From contig OX597839.1 of assembly GCA_951406725.2 (NCBI GenBank), positions 8,370,001 through 8,434,000 on the forward strand: 64,000 nt of DNA. Direction: 5' to 3'. Positions 1 to 12,684 of the stretch are shown here, piece after piece (positions within the stretch are counted from its first letter, which is position 1; each line of letters starts with the position of its first letter). A model generated the notes under the pieces. That model did not search any database. It was not told where the DNA came from and was given only the letters and a program-made list of their open reading frames with translations. The translations under genes and the position numbers were made by a program. The DNA comes from Octopus vulgaris (lineage: Eukaryota).

Positions 1-110
1 GAAAGGCAAAGTTGACCTCGGCGAAATTTGAACTCAGAACGTAAAGACGAGTGAAATGCCGCTAAGCAGTTTTCCCGGCACGCTAAGGATTCTTCCAGCA
101 CGCCACCTTA
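1..110 (-). mobile_element. SINE family B (tRNA-derived), head part, cut by window edge
   Basis: gaaaggcaaagttgacctcggcgaaatttgaactcagaacgt...gcatttt matches the family-B copies at 4840, 7100-8435, 29665, 53398 and 56025; B-box GTTCAAAT on minus strand. Confidence 0.8.
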
Positions 111-225
111 AGTCGGAGATAAATATTAATATTTTGGTATCACTACTGCTTCCATTAATCCTTTTAAATAAACCAACTGGCGATTTACGACACCAGAGTC
201 TCAAAAGACATTGAGATACAATATA

Positions 226-279
<54 letters not shown>

Positions 280-359
280 ACTGGCAGGGAATCAGCTGCT
301 ATATCTAACCGCTGACGTGTCATTGATAAGGCCAATGGAGGCCGAAATCACGTATATAT

Positions 360-441
<82 letters not shown>

Positions 442-450
442 GTAGATAGG

Positions 451-494
<44 letters not shown>

Positions 495-1119
495 CAGGGA
501 GGGAGGAATATATAGGCGTGATTGATAGATACATGGATTTATAATATTTTCTTATGTAAACGCTTCTGTTCCTAAACAGGTTTTATCTTTCTATCTTTCA
601 GTCGTTGTTTCATTATTCTTGGCTTCATTTACTTTCTTTTTAATTTCTTCGGTGTAGATTTAACCCCCCAGATGATACCATCCCATTATACAACTGCTAA
701 CTTTCCTAAACTAATAGACCGTAACGTGACAAAGCTGGCAAAAAAGAGTTGCAAAATGGCGGAGAAGAAACAAAAAATGGCGAATGGAAAAACTAAGCAG
801 AAGATAATAACGACTGTCCTTAAAATGGATTAAATGTCACATTTGGATCATAATATCACAAGGGTAAATTTTGTACGCTTTGAATGGTTATTTGCGTCTT
901 GATGTTGTTCTTATAAGCGTGTTTGTTGCTGCTGTATTTACTTTTTGAACTGTTTTTTATCCTTTTCAATGTTGTTGATTGTTGAATACATCTTTTCTTT
1001 GCTAGTATTTTTTTGAATTTTCTCTATATTTTTTTAATTTTGCGTTTTGATTCTGCTATTTATATATATATTTTTATTTATACCTTCTTGATTGTTAGTT
1101 GGTGCTTGGAATATATTTA

Positions 1120-1631
1120 TATCCATTAGGAACTGGTGGTGTATATGTGTGTATATATATATGTATAAACGCACATATATACACACGCACATATATTCTT
1201 GTATGCATTTATCTTGAAAAATGTATCATCTTTAAGATTATATATATATATATATATATATACACGCACGACTGCACACAGACACACGGTTGTGTGCGTG
1301 TGTGCATATATCATAGTGCATAAATATACATACACACAAAGACAGACCCAGATAGATAAGCAAAGGTCTATATTTTTACAAACACACACACACATATATA
1401 TATATGTGTATAACATATATATATATATGTATGTATATATATATACATATATATGCATATATACAGATATATACATACAACCATACAGATATGTACATAC
1501 ATATACGACTATATACAGAAATATATACAAACAACCATACACATAATCACACATACATATATGTATATACATAAAATACTTCTATACATATTTATATAAT
1601 ATGCATATATTATATAAATAATATATATATA

Positions 1632-1671
<40 letters not shown>

Positions 1672-2478
1672 AATACATACATATATATACTATATGCATA
1701 CATACATATATACATACATATACGCACGTATATAATATACATATATATCTATGTACATACGTATACATGCATATGTACATATGTATACATGCAAATATAC
1801 ATACATATATAACATACATTTATACATGCATGTATATAATTATATACATAGATATGTACATATACATACATATATAAATATGTGTATACATATATACATA
1901 CATACGCATACATATATTACATAATTATATATATATACATATATACATACACATACATATATTACATAATAATATATATATATATATACATATATATATA
2001 CATACATCTATTATATAAATATATGTATATACATATATACATAAAGATATGTGCATACATATATATATATGGGTACGGGACGTCAAAAAAACGTAAACAA
2101 CATGAGAAACGAGGACATGAATTACAAATACATGAAACACGAACTGGTTTTGAACAACGAAGGAAACAAAGAGAGTAGCAAGACAGGCAACATAAAGAAC
2201 ATTCCCTTCATCAGTTGTTAAGTGTTTTATCTACTCCGCATTTTGAGCGTTTGGACAAGATGAGTTTTCCTCAGAACAGTTGCCCCGCAAAGCAAATTAA
2301 ATTAAATTTCGAATTTGCGGATGGACATTTCGTAACAAAAATAGGACAGTTATAACAATTGGGATGGGCTGTTAAGCAATAACGAGGTGAGGTAGTGAAC
2401 GCAGGAAGACAAGCTTTGACAGGAGACAGACGAAATGCTTGCTCTCTTATAGCTGAAAGAGAAGAAAGTAATACATAC

Positions 2479-2511
<33 letters not shown>

Positions 2512-2702
2512 TACATACATGTACATATACGCATATATGCATACATATATAAACATACATATATACATATATGTATACACACACACATATATATACATAT
2601 ATGTATACACACACACATATATATACATAAATATACACACATATATACATATATATATACACATATATACATATATATATATATATACACATATATATAC
2701 AC

Positions 2703-2738
<36 letters not shown>

Positions 2739-3872
2739 ATATACACACATATATACATATATATATATACACACATATATATATATACATATATATATAC
2801 ACACATATATATACATATATACACATATATACACACACACATATATATATATATACATATATATACACATATAGATATACATATATATATACACACATAT
2901 ATATACATATATGTACATATACATACATATACATATATACATACATGCATATATACATATACATACATTTATATACATGTACATACATATATATACATAT
3001 ATATATACATACAAATACATTCATATCCATCCATATATATATATTCCTGTATATATACATATATATGTATATATATATGTATATATACATGCATATACAC
3101 ATATATACACATACATACACACATTCAGAGCAAGATCGAGAGAGCGATGGAGGGAGAGGCAGAGAATGAAACGCAGAGATGGAAAGATGCATGGAGGCAT
3201 GTAGATATCCTATCAATTCCTAATGGGATTTTTTTACCGGAAGTGAAAGCAATACGTAAAGAGAAAAGAAGGAGAAAAAGAAAGAAGTATAGAAAACAAA
3301 AAGAGAAACAAAGAAACTTACTTCCGATTGAGCACGAAATGAAAATATTATATAACGAAACGAAATATATATAAAAAAAAGATGAATATCGAAAAATATG
3401 AACGAAACTTGAAAAAAATGTATAATGAATGAATAAATATATAAAGTGCCACAATGTAAAAATATGGCATTCAGGATCGATCCATTATCACAGACTTATG
3501 GTGTGTGTGTCTATATGTGTACACACGCACACACATTTATGCATATATATATATGTACATGTGTGTATGTGTATATATATATACGTATATACATACATAA
3601 ATATACATACATATATAGGCATATATACATACATATATATATATATATATAGACATATATACATATATATATTTAGACATATATACATATATATATTTAG
3701 ACATATATATACATATACACATACATATATATATATACATATACACATACATGTATATACATATATACATACACATATATACATACACATATATGCACAT
3801 ACATATATAAATTATCTGCATACATATAAACATATATATATGTGCGTGTGTGTGTCTGTATGTATACGAGTG

Positions 3873-3933
<61 letters not shown>

Positions 3934-4070
3934 GTATATTTAGGCGTATTGGCGTGCACAGTTAACGTATATTTTTGTGTGTGCTTATATGTATAAATAC
4001 AGACACACAGACATATATATATATATACATACCTATAAAGATATATACATTTATATACATGCATACATAT
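1120..4070. repeat. Compound (TA)n/(CA)n/(TACA)n microsatellite field, interrupted by non-repetitive stretches at ~2070-2470 and ~3125-3500
   Basis: Directly visible dinucleotide and tetranucleotide repeats; source of the Y/I/H/T-rich spurious ORFs. Confidence 0.9.
2070..2470. repeat. Unclassified interspersed repeat embedded in (TA)n
   Basis: Complex ~400-bp block flanked on both sides by TA tracts; resembles an octopus repeat from memory, no second copy in the window. Confidence 0.35.
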
Positions 4071-4249
4071 TAAGCATTTTTTAAATTTTTGCTTCGTATT
4101 TTTAGAGTATTCTTTTGACTTTATATGTTATTTTTTGTTGTTTCCGTGCGTTTTTTTTTCTTTCTTCAAGAAGGGAGACAAAAAACTCGGGATTGTAATG
4201 AAGGCGAATAACGTTCGCAATCTTCATCTCTAGCACTGCCATATTTTTC

Positions 4250-4790
4250 ATAATCGTTATCATCGTGTTTGGTAATGGTGTTTGTTGTTGGTACTGCCTC
4301 TGGCGGTGGGGACTTCGACAGTGGCGTCTGCAATGGTGAGGATAGTTTGTAAATGGTTGTGATAGTTGTGGCGGTGATATTGGTGGTGCTGTTTTCGGAG
4401 AGGAACTGCGACAGTGCTGGCAATAGAGAGGCTGGTTCTGGCGGAGAAGCTTTTAGTAGTGTTAGTGCTGAGGCTGGTGCTACCGTTGGTTGTAATGGTC
4501 ATATTAATGGAAGTTATGCTGCCGTTGCTGCTGGTGGAGATGTTGGTGGTGGTGTTCTTGTTTTTTGTAATAGAGGTGGATGGTGCTGCTGCTGGTAGTT
4601 GTGCAATTGGAGGTGTTGCTATTATTGCTGGTGGTGGTATTGTTATTGGCGATGGTGGTTGTGATAATGGTGATGCTGCTGATGTTGTGGTGATGGTTGG
4701 CATTGGAGGTGAGACTGGAGTGATGATTATTTTGGTGAGGGTGATGGAGATGATGATAGAATGTGTGATGTAGGAGGTAGCGCTGCTGGC
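4250..4790. repeat. Low-complexity (GGT/GTT/GAT/GCT)n trinucleotide region
   Basis: Degenerate trinucleotide repeats giving T/P/S- or V/L/M-rich ORFs. Confidence 0.75.
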
Positions 4791-4839
4791 AATAGAAACG
4801 ACGATGCAGTAGGATAAAACTGGTTTCAAATATTGGCAC

Positions 4840-5030
4840 AAGAGTAGCAATTCCGGGCAAGTCGATTACATCGGCTCCAGTAAATGACTGGTACGTATTT
4901 TCTCGACCCCCAAAAAGAATGAAAGGCAAAGTCGACCTCGGCGGAATTTGAACTCAGAACGTAAAGACCGACGAAATGCCACGTAGCATGCTAACACCGG
5001 CGTGCTAACGATTCTGTCAGCTCATTGCCT
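4840..5030 (-). mobile_element. SINE family B
   Basis: gtcgattacatcgg...gaaaggcaaagtcgacctcggcggaatttgaactcagaacg...ctaacgattctgtcagctc. Confidence 0.8.
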
Positions 5031-5047
5031 TATATCTGAGTCTGAGA

Positions 5048-5386
5048 CTCCCCCCCACCTTCGGTCACGACACAGACCATGGGATTTCACCTAGAAAGTT
5101 ACCCTCCCAGGCACAAGTCCGGGCAAGGTTGTTTATGGAAGACCAGCAGTCTCCCATACGTACCAGCCTCCTCTCCGCGTCACTGATGTTATCCAAGGGA
5201 AAGGCAAGGGCCGATACAGTTTGGCACCTGTGACGTTGCAACTCATTGCTACAGCTGAGTGAACAGGAGCAACGTGAAATAAAGTGTCTTGCTCAAGAAC
5301 ACAATACGCAGCCCGGTCCGGGATTCGAGCTCACAACCTCACGATCGTAAGCTCGACGCTCTAACTATTGAGCCATGCGCCTTCAC
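5048..5386 (-). mobile_element. SINE family C, near full length
   Basis: Minus strand begins gtgaaggcgcatggctcaatagttagagcg (A box) with gctcgaatccc (B box), then tgtgttcttgagcaagacactt...ttcactcagctgtag central domain; related copies at 11716, 17700 and 50740. Confidence 0.8.
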
Positions 5387-5496
5387 TATACATACAGACA
5401 CACACATATATATGTATATAATTATATATGTATATATGTATGCATAAAATTGTGTGTATATACATATGTATATATGTATGCATATAATTGTGTGTC

Positions 5497-5551
<55 letters not shown>

Positions 5552-5682
5552 TAGGATAATATCACAAATAATTACACTGGTATTGCCGATGATGATGATG
5601 ATGATGTTGGTGGTCGTATAGTATCGGTTGTGTTGTTTATGCTAGTGGCGGTAGAGTTGTACCTTGTTAGCTGTGATGCTAG

Positions 5683-5990
5683 AAGCTCCACAAGTCTCCG
5701 GCGAGGGGTGGGAGGTGAACCCCACTATACTCTTTCACCACAACTTCTCTCAATCTTTCTTCCTACTTCTGCCACAAAGCAGAGGAACTATGGTGTAACC
5801 CACTATGGTGTGGTAAACTTTCAGACCCTAGTCTAGATTGCGAATCTTCAGTACCCCAGGATGGATCCAGCTCTCCACCCGTTAAAAGCCCCCGTTTACG
5901 GAATGATGATAACAACGTAGCTTTCGCGCCCGTACAACCGCCAGTCTATCGCGCGTGGTAGGTGGATCTTCAAGTTGCCACAGGCATTCT
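5683..5990 (+). mobile_element. SINE family D core, headless, with a distinct 3' region
   Basis: agctccacaagtctccggc...tactctttcaccacaacttctctca matches the family-D core; downstream sequence differs from the other D copies. Confidence 0.55.
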
Positions 5991-6738
5991 TAGTAGCTTA
6001 GAGTAGGCTCGAATTTGAGATTTATTATTTGTGGCTAATGGCGAGAGTCCTGATTGGAAGAAGAAGAAGAAGAAGAAGAAGAAGAAGAAGAAGAAGAAGG
6101 AAGTTGTAAGATGTCTTGGCCAGAGATACCAGATGGTGCTCCTGTTAAAGCCAAATCTTGAAGAATAACACTTAAAGTGAGAACAATAAGACGAAGCAGT
6201 ATAGGAGTGTTCGTGTGTATGCGTGTGTACGTATACATGTATGTATATGTGTGTATACATATATGTGTGTGTGTGCCTGAATGCGCATGTGTGAGTGTGT
6301 AAGCATATATGAGCGCTATCAACATCAGTCAAATATAATTGTTGTAACAACAACAATGAGAGAAAATAGCATCAGTATCGTCACAAAGAAATTTTTAGCA
6401 ACCATTGACAGTATTATCAATAATGCGATAAACAGCGTTAAATAAACAACAACAAACAACAAAAACAACAACAACAACAACAACGGCAACTGGAACAACA
6501 TCAATAACAAAAAGAAAAAAAAGACTTCAGAAATAACAGCTAAAAGAAAGAAAGCAAAACAAAATGGAAGTAAAAACAAAAGATTTGATATCACAAAATA
6601 ACGATATCATCATTGTTATTGCTATTATCGGGATATCATCTTCAGTTGTGAAAACAGCACCAACAATGATTAGAACATTAAGAAGATAACAGCAGCAGCA
6701 GCAGCATAGATTAAAGTAATGTGAGGGGGGTGTATATG

Positions 6739-6770
<32 letters not shown>

Positions 6771-6986
6771 CACACTCATATGCAAATACATATGCATATA
6801 TATATATATATATAAATGTTTGCATAAATACATAAAATACATCCAGAAGCCCACACATGTATGTATGCGTGTGTACATATTTACATACATAAATTATATA
6901 TATATATATATACACACATATATATATGTATGCTTATATTTAGAGACACACAGATGCATATATGTATACGTATATACGTGTATGTG

Positions 6987-7062
<76 letters not shown>

Positions 7063-7099
7063 AGTAAGTGAGGTGAGGAGAAAGTAACGTCAATGCCCG

Positions 7100-8435
7100 T
7101 AGTTGACATTAAAAATAACTACAAAAACGATAGAAAATCAACACTGAATGCCCAAAAACGACCTAGAAAGAGAGAAAGATGAAGCCGTCCTCGGGGTATT
7201 CTGAATCCAGAATGTAAAACCGGAAAGAATATTTCCTAACGACTCTGCCAGTTCGCACGCAATAAAAACCACGACAATAACAATAATAATATTCCTTTCT
7301 ACTAAAGGCACAAGGCCTGAAATTTTTGGGGAAGGGAACTCGTTGATTACATCGACCCCAGTGTTTCACTGGTACTTTTCGACCTCAGCGGAATTTGAAC
7401 TCAGAAAGTAAAGACAGATGAAATACCGCTAAGCATTTCGCGGGCGTGAAAAGAACTCTGCAACCTCGCCGCCTTAATAATAATAATTCTCGGGGGAGGG
7501 GACTAGTGTATTACATCTACTATAGACCCCCGAAAGGATGAAAGGCGAAGTCCACCTCAGCGGAATTTGAACTCAGAACTTAAAAACAGACGAACTACCT
7601 ATTTCTTTACTACGCACAAGGGGCTAAACACAGAGGGGACAAACAAGGACAGACAAATGGATTAAGTCGATCACATCGACTCCAGTGCGTAACTGGTACT
7701 TAATTTATCGACCCCGAAAGGATGAAAGGCAAAGTCGACCTCGGCGGAATTTGAACTCAGAACGTAACGACAGACGAAAAACCTATTTCTTTACTATCCA
7801 CAAGGGGCTAAACACAGAGGGGACAATCATCATCATTGTTCGACCGTGGTCGAAACAATGGAATTTACCATGCTACGCCAGACTTCACGGTCCATCATGG
7901 CATTACGGAGGTCCTGTTGCTGGCTGCCTGTATCCCTGGAGATTACATCAGGGTAGGCGAGTGTGCGCCCTCTGGTATTGCGAGTAGATGGCTTCCAGAG
8001 GAGAAGAGTAGAAATTACCTCTTTTTCAGCTCTACAGCAATGTCCAGGAGAGGGGACAAACAACGACAGACAAACGGATTAAGTCGATCATATCGGCCCC
8101 AGTGTGTAACTGGTACTTAATTTATCGACCCCGAAAGGATGAAAGGCAAAGTCAACCTCGGTGGAATTTGAACTCAGAACGTAACGGCAGACGAAATACG
8201 GCTACGCATTTCGCCCGGCGTGCTATCGTTTCTGCCAGCTCGCCTCCCTAATAATAATAATAATCTTCGGGGGAGGGGACTAGTGGATTACATCGACCCT
8301 AATGTTTCTCTGGAACTTAATTTATCGACCTCCGAAAGGATGAAAGGCGAAATCCACCTTGGCAGTATTTGAACTCAGAACATAAAGGACGAAATACCGC
8401 TAAGCATTTTGCCACGTACGGTAACGATTCTGCCT
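7100..8435 (-). mobile_element. Cluster and tandem array of SINE family B copies
   Basis: About six repeats of gaaaggatgaaaggcaaagtcgacctcggcggaatttgaactcagaac, separated by (TAA)n tails or direct tail-to-internal junctions. Confidence 0.85.
7827..8048 (-). mobile_element. RTE-clade LINE 3' fragment inserted into a SINE-B tail, with 11-bp TSD
   Basis: Minus-strand translation GHCCRAEKEVISTLLLWKP...YPDVISRDTG...AMMDREVWR then (TGA)n tail; agaggggacaa duplicated at 7816-7826 and 8049-8059. Confidence 0.8.
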
Positions 8436-9030
8436 TAATGACTTTAATGAATGTCTCCTGTATTTTCCACTAGGGCATTGAATGAGCGACATTACAAAAA
8501 AGACGAGTTGAGTTTAGTTGTGGGCTTTACATAGCGTTGAATAGAATAGAAAATAACAACACAGGAAATGCGTCAAAGCCCACAGGACGCGTCGATGCTT
8601 CGTAGGGCTAAATAGCGGTGGTGTGATTCCCTTTACGTGACCGTCACGTTGAGTTGACATTATAGAACCACTATATCGCCCCTCCACCGTTCATGTCTCT
8701 CTGAGACATTTAGAAATTCAATATTTCTAATACTTAAATCATTTGCCACAAAAATATGCTATAAATAATATAGTATATATGTAGGTAGGGGCATACATTC
8801 ACACATAGATACTTATATATATTATCACCAAACGGAGGGAGCTACTGAAAATCTTACAGATAATATTGCTTAGATAGACTGGAAAAAAGAACGCTGTATG
8901 AAAGTAAAATGGCTACCAAAATGTTAGAAAATGTGCGCGATGTATAAGAAAATATTGCATGACGGGTAAAATCTGATAAATGTCTCGCACTTACAGCAAC
9001 ATAAACATACATACGTAAATAAATACACAC

Positions 9031-9069
<39 letters not shown>

Positions 9070-9209
9070 ATGCGCGCGCACGTACATGCAGACAGACAGA
9101 CAGAAGGGTATTAACGACAAAGAACACAGTTGGTCAGCTGATGTAATTTGACATTGCACAGGCTTGGGTGGCGGAATGTGTGCATGCGTGTATATATATG
9201 TGTGTGTGT

Positions 9210-9245
<36 letters not shown>

Positions 9246-9496
9246 GGGGTATGAAGGTGATGAAACGAGGGAAATATGAAAATACATTTGGGGACCAGAT
9301 AAATAAACCATACATAGACGCTCAGAATGATGAATGTGTGGGTGGGTTTATACATGTACGCTTTTTTTATGCATATATATGTGTGCGTATATATTTACAT
9401 ATAAATGTACATAAATCAATACATCTAGAAATGTATCTGCATACATATGCATCTGTGCATGCGTAAACATGTACAATTTTGCACACACACGCACAA

Positions 9497-9541
<45 letters not shown>

Positions 9542-10409
9542 TGCGCTTATATGTACATGCATTTATATACAAAGATATGTGTATATATGAACGTATAGAT
9601 GTGAATGTTTGCATACGCAAACATGTACAATTTTGCACACACATGCACAAATATATATATGCATGCACTTATATGTACATGCATTTATACACAAAGATAT
9701 GTGTATATATGTATGTATATATGTGGATGTGTTTAGTGTGTGCTGATGGTTGATTGGCTATAAAGTGAGGGGGATTACTTTCGACAAGCCAGCGGAAGAT
9801 AGCAAAAATGTCGATCGCCATTCGATACAATCTCTAGCCCCACAAAAAAAGAAATATATAAACCAAAATATAATACCAAAAACAATCCTAAAACCAAATA
9901 CAAAAAATGAAATCAAACACAAACTGATAAACTATAAATGCCCCTCTCCAGTAACGGAGGGAAAAAAATATCAGCAATTGACATTAGTCGTCAAATCTCC
10001 TTTTCTTCCATATTGATAAGTTTTTTCTGCAGCGTTGTGACTATATTTTTTGCATTATTGTACTGGATATTATTGTTATAATTTCTTTTTTTAAGCTACC
10101 CTATCTCTCCCTCGGTACTTGCGCGTGTGGATATGCGGATATGTCCGTACCTGGACTTTTCTTTGACTCTCTTTTCTCTCCTCATTGTCTCGTGTGTGTG
10201 TGTGTCATTCTCTAGAGATTAAATGAACTAGACATTTTTTTCTTTCCTCCACACAGTCGCCTCTCCCCTATGTTGGTCATTTACTCTCTCTCTCTCGTTC
10301 CATTCCTTCTCACTCACACCCTCCTCTTCCTCCATTTTCAATCCTATTTCCCGAAAAACCAATATTGTTTTTTTTTTCTCCATTTCTCTTTTAATATCTG
10401 TCTAAGAGA

Positions 10410-10540
10410 GCGAATTGGCTGCGTCGTTAGAACGTCGGGGAAGAATGCCTTGTGACATTTTTTTTTCATTTTGCACTCTTAGTTCAAATTCCACTGTGGA
10501 CAACATTGCCTTTCATCCTTTCTGGATCGATATAACGCCA
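10410..10540 (+). mobile_element. Degraded SINE family B
   Basis: agttcaaattccactgtggacaacattgcctttcatcctttctggatcgata. Confidence 0.6.
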
Positions 10541-10721
10541 CCCCATGAGTGGTGTTCCTATTCTTTCTTTGGATTCTATAAAAAAACCTAAGTTCTTACA
10601 AACGCACACATATTACGCACCATGCCTGTACATGTGTAAATATATACACGCGTACACATCGGCACAGAAATACCACTTGATAATATCGAAGGGTAGGAGC
10701 AACATAAACAAACGAAAACTT

Positions 10722-11140
10722 CGTAGGAGTGGCTGTGTGGTAAGTAGCTTGCTTATGAACCACATAGTTCTGGGTTCACTCCCACTGCGAGGCACCTTGG
10801 GGAAGTGTCTTCTACTATAGCCTCGGGCCGACCAAAGCCTTCTGAGTGGATTTGGTAGACGGAAACTGAAAGAAGCCTGTCGCATATATGTATATATATA
10901 CATATATATGTGTGTGTATATATGTTTGTGATCTATGTTTGTCCCCCCAACATCGCTTGACAACCGATGCTGGTGTGTCCGTGTCCTCGTAACTTAGTGG
11001 TTCGGCAAAAGAGACCGATAGAATAAGTACTAGGCTTACAAAGAATAAGTCCTGGGGTCGATTCGCTCGACTAAAGGCGGGCGGTGCTCCAGCATGGCCG
11101 CAGTCACATGACAGAAACCAGTAAAAGAGTAAAGAGTAAA
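10722..11140 (+). mobile_element. SINE family A, full length, with internal (TA)/(TG) microsatellite
   Basis: cgtaggagtggctgtgtggtaag (A box)...gggttcactccc (B box)...accttggggaagtgtct...gaagcctgtcg[TA/TG]...ggttcggcaaaagagaccgatagaataag...gtaaaagagtaaagag tail. Confidence 0.9.
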
Positions 11141-11179
11141 CATTAACAAACAAACATACACACACACCTCTTTTTTCCC

Positions 11180-11540
11180 ACTTTCAGTCACAAGACTGTG
11201 ACCATGCTGGGGCACTACCTTAAAGTATATTTAGTCGAATCAATCGACCTCATTTTTCATTCTTTCTTTTAAATCTAGCATTTATTTTATCGGTTGGGGT
11301 TTTTTTGCCACACCACTAAGTTACGGGGAAATAAACAAACCAGCACTGGTTGTCAAGGTATGGTGGGTGAGACAAACAGACGCAAAAACACACACGTCTA
11401 CCAAATTCACTCACAAGCTTTTGGTCGGCCCAAGGCTTTACAGGAAGGCACTAGCTCAGGGTGTCACGCAGTGTGACCGAACCCGGATACATATGGTTGA
11501 AAAGTATGCTTCTGACAACACAGCCACACCTCCACCTATA
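11180..11540 (-). mobile_element. Degraded SINE family A
   Basis: ccatgctggggcac, gtctaccaaattcactcacaagcttttggtcggccc, acacagccacacct. Confidence 0.7.
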
Positions 11541-11571
11541 TGCATACATGTACCCTAAATACATATTTGTT

Positions 11572-11880
11572 TGGAGGCACATGGCCTAGTGGTTAGAGCA
11601 GCAGACTCGCGGTCGAGGGATCGCGGGTTTGAATCTCAGACCGGGCGATGTGTGTGTTTACGAGCGAAACACCTAAGCTCCAAGCGGCTCCGGCAGACGG
11701 TAATGGCAAAGTGTGATGGCACCTGTGATGTCGCAACTCATCTCTACAGCTGAGTGAACTGGAGCAACGTGAAATAAAGTGTCTTACTCAAGAACACAAC
11801 ACGCAGCCCGGTCCGGGATTCGAACTCACAACCTCACGATCGTAAGCTCGACGCTCTAACCACTGAGCCATGCGCCTTCA
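11572..11880. mobile_element. SINE-D head (+, 11572-11710) abutting SINE-C 5' half (-, 11716-11880)
   Basis: ggaggcacatggcctagtggttagagcagcagactcgcggtc... followed by the reverse-oriented C copy ending gctctaaccactgagccatgcgccttc. Confidence 0.75.
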
Positions 11881-11884
11881 AGCA

Positions 11885-12220
11885 CACACATATATGTGTG
11901 TGTGTGTGTGTGTGTGTGTATACGCACATACATACACACGACGGACTTCTTTCAGTTTCTGTCTACCAAATCAACTCACAAGATTTTGGTTGGCCTGAGG
12001 CTATAGTAGAAGACACTTGCCCAAGGTGCCATGCAGTGGGGCTGAACCCAGAACCATGTGGTAGAGAATCAAGCTTCTTACCACACAGTCTGAGTTTATT
12101 AAATTCCCTCACAAGACATTGGTCGACCCGGGAAGGGTAGAAGACCAAAGTACTGCGCTGTGGGATTGAAACCGGAAACACATGATTGCAAAGTGTGCTT
12201 CTTAACCACACAGCCATATC
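11885..12220 (-). mobile_element. Two partial SINE-A 5' fragments
   Basis: cttctttcagtttctgtctaccaaatc...gacacttgcccaaggtgcc...cttaccacacag; second decayed head at ~12105-12220. Confidence 0.7.
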
Positions 12221-12629
12221 TCTTTAATAGTTTCAGGGTTTCCCCTTTGTACTTCTTTGAATATTCTGGAAACGTGACATCACGTCCTAAAGCACCCAAC
12301 TTCCCCTATCACTCTGCACGTAACATCTCTGGGTCACTACCCGGCGTGCCGCTCCATTCAACCAGCCTTGCTAACAGCACATCAACCTCGCTTCTTTGCT
12401 TTTCGCTATTCAAAGCGAAATGATGGCGGGATGGTGTGAAAGTGAAAGGGAATACAAGATGGCGTCTGTTTATAAAAATATTTTGATGATATTTGGTTAC
12501 GGTCACAATTAAGGCTGTAAAGGTTTCCTTGTTATATTTCACCCGCATGTCAGTAACGTGTTTACACCAGCTCATACGAAGAACCACGAAAATATAGTCC
12601 CACACGCATACACATACATACATATACAC

Positions 12630-12645
12630 TCACATAAACAGAAAA

Positions 12646-12684
<39 letters not shown>

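Noticed and set aside
2190-2280. CTGATGA on the minus strand at ~2209-2215 as a possible hammerhead
   Set aside because: No GAAA at a position closing a stem II and no stem I or III pairing could be built.
1099-4064. Numerous long ORFs rich in Y/I/H/T/C/V (also at 18.6-19.3, 34, 48-49, 54, 57-59 and 62.5-63.3 kb)
   Set aside because: Translations of (TA)n/(CA)n/(TG)n microsatellites, which lack stop codons; no domain content.
4260-4850. Mucin-like T/P/S-rich 196-aa ORF
   Set aside because: Degenerate trinucleotide low complexity, open in several frames on both strands.
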